Source: Eledone cirrhosa
Lineage: Eukaryota
NCBI GenBank assembly: GCA_964016885.1
Contig: OZ024740.1
Coordinates: 39,494,001 to 39,558,000 of the forward strand
Reading direction: 5' to 3'
Length of the DNA: 64,000 bases
Below are positions 40,001 to 52,700 of this stretch, one piece after another (positions within the stretch are counted from its first letter, which is position 1; every line of letters begins with the position of its first letter). The translations under genes were made by a program, and so were the position numbers. Below the pieces are notes generated by a model, which saw only the letters and a program-made list of their open reading frames with translations, did no database searches and had not been told where the DNA came from.

Positions 40001-43000
40001 TGTAATTAGTGTGGTATATTAAAGAGGTGTAGTTAGTGTGGTATATTAAAGAGGTGTAATTAGTGTGGTACATTAAAGAGTTGTAATTAGTGTGGTATAT
40101 TAAAGAGGTTTAGTTAGTGTGGTATATTAAAGAGGTGCAATTAGTGTGGGATATTAAAGAAAGTGTAGTTAGTCTGGTATATTAAAGAGGTGTAATTAGT
40201 GTGGTACATTAAAGAGGTTTAATTAGTGTGGTATATTAAAGAGGTGTAGTTAGTGTGATACATTAAAGAGGTGCAATTAGTGTGGTATATTAAAAAGGTG
40301 CAATTAGTGTGGTATATTAAAGAGGTGTAATTAGTGTGGTATATTAAAGAGGTGTAATTAGTGTGGTACATTAAAGAAGTGTAATTAGTGTGGTATATTA
40401 AAGAGGTGCAATTAGTGTGGTATATTAAAAAGGTGCAATTAGTGTGGTATTTTAAAGAGGTGTAATTAGTGTGGTATATTAAAGAGGTGCAATTAGTGTG
40501 TAATATTAAAGAGGTACAATTAGTGTGGTATATTAAAGAGGTGCAATTAGTGTGGTATATTAAAGAGGTGTAATTAGTGTGGTACATTAAAGAGGTGTAA
40601 TTAGGGTGGTACATTAAAGAGGTGTAATTAGTGTGGTATATTAAAGAGGTGTAATTAGGGTGGTACATTAAAGAAGTGTAATTAGTGTGGTATATTAAAG
40701 AGGTGCAATTAGTGTGGTATATTAAATAGCTGTACTTAGTGTGGTATATTAAAGAGGTGTAGTTAGTGTGGTATATTAAAGAGGTGCAATTAGTGTGATA
40801 TATTAAAAAGGTGCAATTAGTGTGGTATATTAAAGAGGTGTAATTAGTGTGGTATATTAAAGAGGTGCAATTAGTGTGGAATATTAAAGAGGTACAATTA
40901 GTGTGGTATATTAAAGAGGTGCAATTAGTGTGGTATATTAAAGAGGTGTAATTAGTGTGGTATATTAAAGAGGTGTAATTAGTGTGGTACATTAAAGAGG
41001 TGTAATTAGGGTGGTACATTAAAGAAGTGTAGTTAGTGTGGTATATTAAAGAGGTGTAATTAGTGTGGTATATTAAAGAGGTACAATTAGTGTGGTATAT
41101 TAAATAGGTGCAATTAGTGTGGTATATTAAAAAGGTGCAATTAGTGTGGTATATTAAAGAGGTGTAATTAGTATGGTATATTAAAGAGGTGTACTTAGTG
41201 TGATACATTAAAGAGGTCCAATTAGTGTGCTACATTAAAGAGGTGTAATTAGGGTGGTTCATTAAAAAGTGTAGTTAGTGTGGTATATTAAAGAGGTGCA
41301 GTTACTGTGGTATATTAAAGAGGTGTAATTAGTGTGTTACATTAAAAAGGTGTAGTTAGTGTGGTATATTAAAGAGGTGTAGTTAGTATGGTATATTAAA
41401 GAGGTGCAATTAGTGTGGTATATTAAAGAAAGTGTAGTTAATGTGGTATATTAAAGAGGTGTAATTAGTGTGGTACATTAAAGAGGTGTAATTAGTGTGG
41501 TATATTAAAGAGGTGTAGTTAGTGTGGTATATTAAAGAGGTGCAATTAGTGTGGTATATTAAAGAGGTGCAATTAGTGTGGTATATTAAAGAGGTGTAGT
41601 TAGTGTGGTACATTACAGATGTGTAATTAGTGTGGTATATTAAAGAGGTGTAGTTAGTGTGGTATATTAAAGAGGTGTAATTAGTGTGGTACATTAAAGA
41701 GTTGTAATTAGTGTGGTATATTAAAGAGGTGTAGTTAGTGTGGTATATTAAAGAGGTGCAATTAGTGTGGTATATTAAAGAAAGTGTAGTTAATGTGGTA
41801 TATTAAAGAGGTGTAATTAGTGTGGTACATTAAAGAGGTGTAATTAGTGTGGTATATTAAAGAGGTGTAGTTAGTGTGGTATATTAAAGAGGTGCAATTA
41901 GTGTGGTATATTAAAGAGGTGCAATTAGTGTGGTATATTAAAGAGGTGTAGTTAGTGTGGTACATTAAAGAGGTGCAATTACTGTGGTATATTAAAGAGG
42001 TGTAGTTAGTCTGGTACATTAAAAAGGTGTAATTACTGTGGTATATTAAAGAAGTGTAGTTAGTGTGGTATATTAAAGTGGTGTAGTTAGTATGGTATAT
42101 TAAAGAGGTGTAATAAGTGTGGTATATTAAAGAGGTGTAGTTAGTGTGGTATATTAAAGAGGTGTAATTTGCGTGGTACATTAAAGAGGTGTAACTAGTG
42201 AGGTATATTAAAGAGGTGTAATTAGTGTGGTATATTAAAGAGGTGCAATTAGTGTGGTATATTAAAGAGGTGCAATTAGTGTGGTACATTAAAGAGGTGT
42301 AATTAGTGTGGTATATTAAAGAGGTGTAATTAGTGTGGTACATTAAAGAGGTGTAATTAGTGTGGTATATTAAAGAGGTGTAATTAGTGTGGTACATTAA
42401 AGAGGTGTAATTAGGGTGGTACATTAAAGAAGTGTAGTTAGTGTGGTATATTAAAGAGGTGCAATTAGTGTGGTATATTAAAGAGGTGTAATTAGTATGG
42501 TATATTAAAGAGGTGTAATTAGTGTGGTACATTAAAGAGGTCCAATTAGTGTGCTACATTAAAGAGGTGTAATTAGGGTGGTTCATTAAAAAGTGTAGTT
42601 AGTGTGGTATATTAAAGAGGTGTAGTTACTGTGGTACATTAAAGAGGTGTAATTAGTGTGGTATATTAAAGAGGTGTAATTAATGTGGTATATTAAAGAG
42701 TTGTATTTAGTGTGGTATATTAAAGAGTTGTAATTAGTGAGATATATTAAAGAGGTGTAATTAGTGTGGTATATTAAAGAGGTGTCGTTAGTGTGGTATA
42801 TTAAAGAGGTGCAATTAGTGTGGCATACTAAAGAGGTGTAGTTAGTGTGGTACATTAAAGAATTGTAATTACTGTGGTATATTAAAGAGGTGCAATTAGT
42901 GTGGTATATTAAGGAGGTGTAATTAGTGTGGTACATTAAAGAGGTGTAATTAGTGTGGTATATTAAAGAGGTGTAATTAATGTGGTATATTAAAGAGGTG

Positions 43001-45300
43001 TAGTTAGTGTGGTATATTAACGAGGTGTAGTTAGTGTGGTATATTAAAGAGGTGTAATTAGTGTGGTATATTAAAGAGGTTTAATTAGTGTGGTATATTA
43101 AAGAGGTGCAATTAGTGTGATATATTAAAGAGGTGTAATTAGTGTGGTATATTAAAGGGGTGCAATTAGTGTGGTATATTAAAGAGGTGCAATTAGTGTG
43201 GTATATTAAAGAGGTGTAATTAGTGTGGTATATTAAAGAGGTGTAATTAGTGTGGTATATTAAAGAGGTGTAATTAGTGTGGTATATTAAAGAGGTGTAA
43301 TTAGTGTTGTATATTAAAGAGGTGCAATTAGTGTGGTATATTAAAGAGGTGCAATTAGTGTGGTATATTAAAGAGGTGCAATTAGTGTGGTATATTAAAG
43401 AGGTGTAATTAGTGTGGTATATTAAAGAGGTGTAATTAGTGTGGTACATTAAAGAGGTGTAATTAGGGTGGTACATTAAAGAGGTGTAATTAGTGTGGTA
43501 TATTAAAGAGGTGTAATTAGGGTGGTAAATTAAAGAAGTGTAATTAGTGTGGTATATTAAAGAGGTGCAATTAGTGTGGTATATTAAAAAGGTGCAATTA
43601 GTGTGGTATATTAAAGAGGTGTAATTAGTGTGGTATGTTAAAGAGGTGCAATTAGTGTGGTACATTAAAGAAGTGTAATTAGTGTGGTATATTAAAGAGG
43701 TGCAATTAGTGTGGTATATTAAAGAGGTGTAATTAGTGTGGTATATTAAAGAGGTGTAGTTAGTGTGGTATATTAAAGAGGTGCAATTAGTGTGGTATAT
43801 TAAAGAGGTGCAATTAGTGTGGTATATTAAAGAGGTGTAGTTAGTGTGGTACATTAAAGAGGTGCAATTACTGTGTTATATTAAAGAGGTTTAGTTAGTC
43901 TGGTACATTAAATAGGTGTAATTAGTGTGGTATATTAAAGAAGTGTAGTTAGTGTGGTATATTAAAGAGGTGTAGTTAGTATGGTATATTAAAGAGGTGT
44001 AATAAGTGTGGTATATTAAAGAGGTGTAGTTAGTGTGGTATATTAAAGAGGTGTAGTTAGTGTGGTATATTAAAAAGGTGCAATTAGTGTGGTACGTTAA
44101 AGAGCTGTAATTAGTGTGGTACATTAAAGAGGTGTAATAAGTGTGGTACATTAAAGAGTTGTAATTAGTGAGGTATATTAAAGAGGTGTAATTAGTGTGG
44201 TATATTAAAGAGGTGTCGTTATTGTGGTATATTAAAGAGGTGTAGTTAGTGTGGTTAATTAGAGATGTGTAGTTAGTCAGGTTTATTAGAGAAGTGTAAT
44301 TAGTGTGGTATAATAAAGAGATGTAATTAGTGTGGTATATTAAAGAGGTGCAATTAGTGTGGTATATTAAAGAGGTGCAATTAGTGTGGTATATTAAAGA
44401 GGTGTAGTTAGTGTGGTACATTAAAGAGGTGTAATTCTTGTGGTATATTAAGGAGGTGTATATGGTGTGGTATATTAAAGAGGTGCAATTAGTGTGGTAT
44501 ATTAAATAGGTGCAATTAGTGTGGTATATTGAAGAGGTGTAATTAGTGTGGTACATTAAAGAGGTGTAATTAGTGTGGTATATTAAAGAGGTGTAATTAG
44601 TGTGGTATATTAAAGAGGTGCAATTAGTGTGGTTTATTGAAGAGGTGTAATTAGTGTAGTACATTAAAGAGACGTAATTAGTTAGGTATATTAAAGAGGT
44701 GTAATTAGTGTGGTATATTAAAGAGGTGCAATTAGTGTGGTATATTAAAGAGGTGTAATTAGTGTGGTATATTAAAGAGGTGCAATTAGTGTGGTATATT
44801 AAAGAGGTGTAGTTAGTGTGGTACATTAAAAAATTGTAATTACTGTGGTATATTAAGGAGGTGTAATTAATGTGATACATTAAAGAGGTGTAATTAGTGT
44901 GGTATATTAAAGAGGTGTAATTAGTGTGGTATATTAAAGAGGTGTAATTAGTATGGTATATTAAAGAGGTGTAATTAGTGTGGTACATTAAAGAGGTCCA
45001 ATTAGTGTGCTACATTAAAGAGGTGTAATTAGGGTGGTTCATTAAAAAGTGTAGTTAGTGTGGTATATTAAAGAGGTGTAGTTAGTGTGGTATATTAAAG
45101 AGGTGTAATTAGTGTGGTATATTAAAGAGGTGTAATTAGTGTGGTATATTAAAGAGGTATAATTAGTGTGGTATATTAAAGAGGTGCAATTATTGTGATA
45201 TATTAAAGAGGTGTAATTAGTGTGGTATATTAAAGAGGTGCAATTAGTGTGGTATATTAAAGAGGTGTAATTAGTGTGATACATTAAAGAGGTGTAATTA
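31000..45300. repeat. Middle subdomain with about three copies of a 5-6 kb higher-order unit
   Basis: ORF pairs 31819/37680 and 33034/38895 give offset 5,861; 37940/42936 and 38895/43891 give offset 4,996. Marker TTTGCGTGG occurs near 31310, 37171 and 42168. Confidence 0.88.
32550..35960. repeat. Tandem duplication of 1,702 bp (63 monomers + 1 bp) nested in the middle subdomain
   Basis: TGCGG variant at 32691/34393. ORF coordinates 32997/34699, 33861/35563 and 34010/35712 are all offset by 1,702. Confidence 0.88.
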
Positions 45301-48300
45301 GGGTGGTACATTAAAGAGGTGTAATTAGTGTGGTACATTAAAGAGGTGTAACTAGTGAGCTATATTAAAGAGGTGTAATTAGTTTGGTATATTAAAGAAT
45401 TGTAATTAATGTGGTATATTAAAGAGGTGCAATTAGTGTGGTATATTAAAGATGTGAAATTAGTGTGGTATATTGAAGAGGTGTAATTAGTGTGGTATAT
45501 TAAAGAGGTGTAATTAATGTGGTATATTAAAGAGGTGTAGTTAGTGTGGTATATTAAAGAGGTGTAGTTAGTGTGGTCTATTAAAGAGGTGTAATTAGTG
45601 TGGTACATTAAAGAGGTGTAATTAGGGTGGTACATTAAAGAAGTGTAGTTAGTGTGGTATTTTAAAGAGGTGCAATTAGTGTGGTATATTAAAGAGGGGC
45701 AGTTAGTGTGGTATATTAAAGAGGTGTAGTTAGTGTGGCACATTAAAGAGGTGTAATTAGTGTGGTATATTATAGAGGTGCAATTAGTGTGGTATATTAA
45801 AGAATTGTAATTACTGTGGTATATTAAAGAGGTGCAATTAGTGTGGTATATTAAAAAGGTGTAATTAGTGTGGTACATTAAAGAGGTGTAATTAGTGTTG
45901 TATATTAAAGAGGTGCAATTAGTGTGGTATATTAAAGAGGTGCAATTAGTGTGGTATATTAAAGAGGTGTAATTATTATGGTATATTAAAGAGGTGTAAT
46001 TAGTGTGGTACATTAAAGAGGTCCAATTAGTGTGCTACATTAAAGAGGTGTAATTAGGGTGGTTCATTAAAAAGTGTAGTTAGTGTGGTATATTAAAAAG
46101 GTGTAGTTAGTGTAGTATATTAAAGCGGTGTAATTAGTGTGGTATATTAAAGAGATGTAATTAGTGTGGTATATTAAAGAGGTGCAATTAGTGTGGTATA
46201 TTAAAGAGGTACAATTAGTGTGGTATATTAAAAGCGGTGTAATTAGTGTGATATATTAAAGAGGTGCAATTACAGTGGTATATTAAATAGGTGTAGTTAG
46301 TGTGGTACATTAAAGAGTTGTAATTAGTGAGGTATATTAAAGAGGTGTTATTAGTGTGGTATATTAAAGAGGTGTCGTTAGTGTGGTACAATAAAGAGTT
46401 GTAATTAGTGTGGTATATTAAAGAGATGTAGTTAGTGTGGTATATTAAAGAGGTGCAATTAGTGTGGTATATTAAAGAAAGTGTAGTTAGTGTGGTATAT
46501 TAAAGAGGTGTAATTAGTGTGGTACATTAAAGAGGTGTAATTAGTGTGGTATATTAAAGAGGTGTAGTTAGTGTGGTATATTTAAGAGGTGCAATTAGTG
46601 TGGTATATTAAAGACGTGCAATTATTGTGGTATATTAAAGAGGTGTAGTTAGTGTGGTACATTAAAGAGGTGCAATTACAGTGGTATATTAAAGAGGTGT
46701 AGTTAGTGTGGTACATTAAAGAGGTGTAATTAGTGTGGTATATTAAAGAAGTGTAGTTAGTGTGGTATATTAAAGAAATGTAGTTAGTATGGTATATTAA
46801 AGAGGTGTAATTAGTGTGGTACATTAAAGAGGTGCAATTAGTGTGGTATATTAAAGAGGTGTAGTTAGTGTGGTACATTAAAGAGGGGTAATTAGTGTGG
46901 TATATTAAAGAAGTGTAGTTACTGTGGTATATTAAAGAGGTGTAGTTAGTGTGGTATATTAAAGAGGTGTAATTAGTGTGGTATATTAGAGAGGTGTAGT
47001 TAGTGTGGTATATTAAAGAGGTGTAATTAGTGTGGTACATTAAAGAGGTGTAATTAGTGTGGTATATTAAAGAGGTTAAGTTAGTGTGGTATATTAAAGA
47101 GGTGCAATTAGTGTGGTATATTAAAGAGGTCAATTAGTGTGGTACATTAAAGAGGTGTAATTACTGTGGTATATCAAAGAGGTGTAGTTAGTGTGGTATA
47201 TTAAAGAGGTGCACTTAATGTGGTATATTAATAAGGTGCAATTAGTGTGGTATATTAAAGAGGTGTAGTTAGTGTGGTACATTAAAGAGGTGTAATTAGT
47301 GTGGTATATTAAAGAGGTGTAATTAGTGTGGTATATTAAAGAGGTGTAATTAGTGTGGTACATTAAAGAGGTGTAATTAGGGTGGTACATTAAAGAGGTG
47401 TAATTAGTGTGGTATATTAAAGAGGTGTAATTAGTGTGGTACATTACAGAAGTGTAATTAGTGTGGTATATTAAAGAGGTGCAATTAGTATGGTATATTA
47501 AAAAGGTGCAATTAGTGTGGTATATTAAAGAGGTGCAATTAGTGTGGTATATTAAAGAGGTGTAATTAGTGTGGTATATTAAAGAGGTGTAATTAGTGTG
47601 GTACATTAAAGAGGTGTAATTAGGGTGGTACATTAAAAAGTGTAGTTAGTGTGGTATATTAAAGAGGTGCAATTAGTGTGGTATATTAAAGAGGTGTAAT
47701 TAGTATGGTATATTAAAGAGGTGTAATTAGTGTGGTACATTAAAGAGATCCAATTAGTGTGCTACATTAAAGAGGTGTAATTAGGGTGGTTCATTAAAAA
47801 TTGTAGTTTGTGTGGTATATTAAAGAGGTGTAATTAGTGTGGAATATTAAAAAGGTGTAATTAGGGTGGTTCATTAAAAAGTGTAGTTAGTGTGGTATAT
47901 TAAAAAGGTGTAGTTAGTGTAGTATATTAAAGCGGTGTAATTAGTGTGGTATATTAAAGAGATGTAATTAGTGTGGTATATTAAAGAGGTGCAATTAGTG
48001 TGGTATATTAAAGAGGTGCAATTAGTGTGGTATATTAAAGAGGTACAATTAGTGTGGTATATTAAAAGCAGTGTAATTAGTGTGATATATTAAAGAGGTG
48101 TAATTATTGTGGTACATTAAAGAGTTGTAATTAGTGAGGTATATTAAAGAGGTGTTATTAGTGTGGTATATTAAAGAGGTGTCGTTAGTGTGGTATATTA
48201 AAGAGGTGTAGTTAGAGTGGTAAATTAGAGATGTGTAGTTAGTCAGGTTTATTAGAGAAGTGTAATTAGTGTGGTATAATAAAGAGGTGTAATTAGTGTG

Positions 48301-48599
48301 GTATATTAAAGAGGTGTAATTAGTGTGGTACATTAAAGAGTTGTAATTAGTGTGGTATATTAAAGAGATGTAGTTAGTGTGGTATATTAAAGAGGTGCAA
48401 TTAGTGTGGTATATTAAAGAAAGTGTAGTTAGTGTGGTATATTAAAGAGCTGTAATTAGTGTGGTACATTAAAGAGGTGTAATTAGTGTGGTATATTAAA
48501 GAGGTGTAGTTAGTGTGGTATATTTAAGAGGTGCAATTAGTGTGGTATATTAAAGACGTGCAATTATTGTGGTATATTAAAGAGGTGTAGTTAGTGTGG

Positions 48600-51500
48600 T
48601 ACATTAAAGAGGTACAATTACAGTGGTATATTAAAGAGGTGTAGTTAGTGTGGTACATTAAAGAGGTGTAATTAGTGTGGTATATTAAAGAAGTGTAGTT
48701 AGTGTGGTATATTAAAGAAATGTAGTTAGTATGGTATATTAAAGAGGTGTAATTAGTGTGGTACATTAAAGAGGTGCAATTAGTGTGGTATATTAAAGAG
48801 GTGTAGTTAGTGTGGTACATTAAAGAGGGGTAATTAGTGTGGTATATTAAAGAAGTGTAGTTAGTGTGGTATATTAAAGAGGTGTAATTAGTGTGGTATA
48901 TTAGAGAGGTGTAGTTAGTGTGGTATATTAAAGAGGTGTAATTAGTGTGGTACATTAAAGAGGTGTAATTAGTGTGGTATATTAAAGAGGTTAAGTTAGT
49001 GTGGTATATTAAAGAGGTGTAATTAGTGTGGTACATTAAAGAGGTCCAATAAGTGTGCTACATTAAAGAGGTGTAATTAGGGAGGTTCATTAAAAAGTGT
49101 AGTTAGTGTGGTATATTAAAGAGGTGTAATTAGTGTCGTATATTAAAGAGGTGCAGTTAGTTTGGTATATTAAAGAGGTGTAATTAGTGTGGTATATTAA
49201 ACAGGTTTAATTAGTGTGGTACATTAAAGAAGAGTAATTAGTGTGGTATATTAAAGAGGTGCAATTAGTGTGGTATATTAAAGAGGTGCAATTAGTGTGG
49301 TATATTAAAGAGGTGTAATTAGTGTAGTACATAAAAAGAGTTGTAATTAGTGTGGTATATTAAAGAGGTGCAATTAGTGTGGTATATTTAAGAGGTGTAA
49401 TTTGTGTGGTACATTAAAAAGGTGTAATTAGTGTGGTATATTAAAGAGGTGCAATTACTGTGGTATATTAAAGAGGTGTAGTTAGTGTGGTATATTAAAG
49501 AGGTGTAGTTAGTGTGGTATATTAAAGAGGTGTACTTAATGTGGTACATTAAAAATGTGTAATTAGTGTGGTATATTAAAGAGGTGTAGTTAGTGTGGTA
49601 TATTAAAGAGGTGTAATTAGTGTGGTACGTTAAAGAGTTGTAATTAGTGTGGTATATTAAAGAGGTGTAATTAGTGTGGTATATTAAAGAGGTGCAATTA
49701 GTGTGGTATATTAAAGAGGTGTAATTTGTGTGGTACATTAAATAGGTGTAATTAGTGTGGTATATTAAAGAGGTGCAATTACTGTGGTATATTAAAGAGG
49801 TGTAGTTAGTGTGGTATATTAAAGAGGTGTAGTTAGTGTGGTATATTAAAGAGGTGTACTTAATGTGGTCCATTAAAAATGTATAATTAGTGTGGTATAT
49901 TAAAGAGGTGTAGTTAGTGTGGTATATTAAAGAGGTGTAATTAGTGTGGTACGTTAAAGAGTTGTAATTAGTGTGGTATATTAAAGAGGTGTAGTTAGTG
50001 TGGTATATTAAAGAGGTGCAATTAGTGTGGTATATTAAAGAAAGTGTAGTTAGTCTGGTATATTAAAGAGGTGTAATTAGTGTGGTACATTAAAGAGGTG
50101 TAATTAGTGTGGTATATTAAAGAGGTGTAGTTAGAGTGGTATATTAAAGAGGTGCAATTAGTGTGGTATATTAAAGAGGTGCAATTAGTGTTGTATATTA
50201 AAGAGGTGTAGTTAGTGTGGTACATTAAGAGGTGCAATTACTGTGGTATATTAAAGAGGTGTAGTTAGTGTGGTACATTAAAGAGGTGTAATTAGTGTGG
50301 TATATTAAAGAAGTGTAGTTAGTGTGGTATATTAAAGAGGTGTAGTTAGTATGGTATATTAAAGAGGTGTAATAAGTGTGGTATATTAAAGAGGTGTAGT
50401 TAGTGTGGTATATTAAAGAGGTGCAATTAGTGTGGTATATTAAAGAGGTGTAATTAGTGTGGTATATTAAAGAGGTGTAATTAGTGTGGTACATTAAAGA
50501 GGTGTAATTAGGGTGGTACATTAAAAAGTGTAGTTAGTGTGGTATATTAAAGAGGTGCAATTAGTGTGGTATTTTAAAGAGGTGTAATTAGTATGGTATA
50601 TTAAAGAGGTGTAATTAGTGTGGTACATTAAAGAGATCCAATTAGTGTGGTACATTAAAGAGGTACAATTACAGTGGTATATTAAAGAGGTGTAGTTAGT
50701 GTGGTACATTAAAGAGGTGTAATTAGTGTGGTATATTAAAGAAGTGTAGTTAGTGTGGTATATTAAAGAAATGTAGTTAGTATGGTATATTAAAGAGGTG
50801 TAATTAGTGTGGTACATTAAAGAGGTGCAATTAGTGTGGTATATTAAAGAGGTGTAGTTAGTGTGGTACATTAAAGAGGGGTAATTAGTGTGGTATATTA
50901 AAGAAGTGTAGTTAGTGTGGTATATTAAAGAGGTGTAATTAGTGTGGTATATTAGAGAGGTGTAGTTAGTGTGGTATATTAAAGAGGTGTAATTAGTGTG
51001 GTACATTAAAGAGGTGTAATTAGTGTGGTATATTAAAGAGGTTAAGTTAGTGTGGTATATTAAAGAGGTGTAACTAGTGTGGTACATTAAAGAGGTCCAA
51101 TTAGTGTGCTACATTAAAGAGGTGTAATTAGGGAGGTTCATTAAAAAGTGTAGTTAGTGTGGTATATTAAAGAGGTGTAATTAGTGTCGTATATTAAAGA
51201 GGTGCAGTTAGTGTGGTATATTAAAGAGGTGTAATTAGTGTGGTATATTAAACAGGTTTAATTAGTGTGGTACATTAAAGAAGAGTAATTAGTGTGGTAT
51301 ATTAAAGAGGTGCAATTAGTGTGGTATATTAAAGAGGTGCAATTAGTGTGGTATATTAAAGAGGTGTAATTAGTGTAGTACATAAAAAGAGTTGTAATTA
51401 GTGTGGTATATTAAAGAGGTGCAATTAGTGCGGTATATTTAAGAGGTGTAATTTGTGTGGTACATTAAAAAGGTGTAATTAGTGTGGTATATTAAAGAGG

Positions 51501-52700
51501 TGCAATTACTGTGGTATATTAAAGAGGTGTAGTTAGTGTGGTATATTAAAGAGGTGTAGTTAGTGTGGTATATTAAAGAGGTGTACTTAATGTGGTACAT
51601 TAAAAATGTGTAATTAGTGTGGTATATTAAAGAGGTGTAGTTAGTGTGGTATATTAAAGAGGTGTAATTAGTGTGGTACGTTAAAGAGTTGTAATTAGTG
51701 TGGTATATTAAAGAGGTGTAATTAGTGTGGTATATTAAAGAGGTGCAATTAGTGTGGTATATTAAAGAGGTGTAATTTGTGTGGTACATTAAATAGGTGT
51801 AATTAGTGTGGTATATTAAAGAGGTGCAATTACTGTGGTATATTAAAGAGGTGTAGTTAGTGTGGTATATTAAAGAGGTGTAGTTAGTGTGGTATATTAA
51901 AGAGGTGTACTTAATGTGGTCCATTAAAAATGTATAATTAGTGTGGTATATTAAAGAGGTGTAGTTAGTGTGGTATATTAAAGAGGTGTAATTAGTGTGG
52001 TACGTTAAAGAGTTGTAATTAGTGTGGTATATTAAAGAGGTGTAGTTAGTGTGGTATATTAAAGAGGTGCAATTAGTGTGGTATATTAAAGAAAGTGTAG
52101 TTAGTCTGGTATATTAAAGAGGTGTAATTAGTGTGGTACATTAAAGAGGTGTAATTAGTGTGGTATATTAAAGAGGTGTAGTTAGAGTGGTATATTAAAG
52201 AGGTGCAATTAGTGTGGTATATTAAAGAGGTGCAATTAGTGTTGTATATTAAAGAGGTGTAGTTAGTGTGGTACATTAAAGAGGTGCAATTACTTTGGTA
52301 TATTAAAGAGGTGTAGTTAGTGTGGTACATTAAAGAGGTGTAATTAGTGTGGTATATTAAAGAAGTGTAGTTAGTGTGGTATATTAAAGAGGTGTAGTTA
52401 GTATGGTATATTAAAGAGGTGTAATAAGTGTGGTATATTAAAGAGGTGTAGTTAGTGTGGTATATTAAAGAGGTGCAATTAGTGTGGTATATTAAAGAGG
52501 TGTAATTAGTGTGGTATATTAAAGAGGTGTAATTAGTGTGGTACATTAAAGAGGTGTAATTAGGGTGGTACATTAAAAAGTGTAGTTAGTGTGGTATATT
52601 AAAGAGGTGCAATTAGTGTGGTATTTTAAAGAGGTGTAATTAGTATGGTATATTAAAGAGGTGTAATTAGTGTGGTACATTAAAGAGATCCAATTAGTGT
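48600..52700. repeat. Tandem duplication of about 2,051 bp (76 monomers - 1 bp)
   Basis: ORF coordinates 49036/51087, 49388/51439, 49873/51924 and 50022/52073 are all offset by 2,051. Confidence 0.85.
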
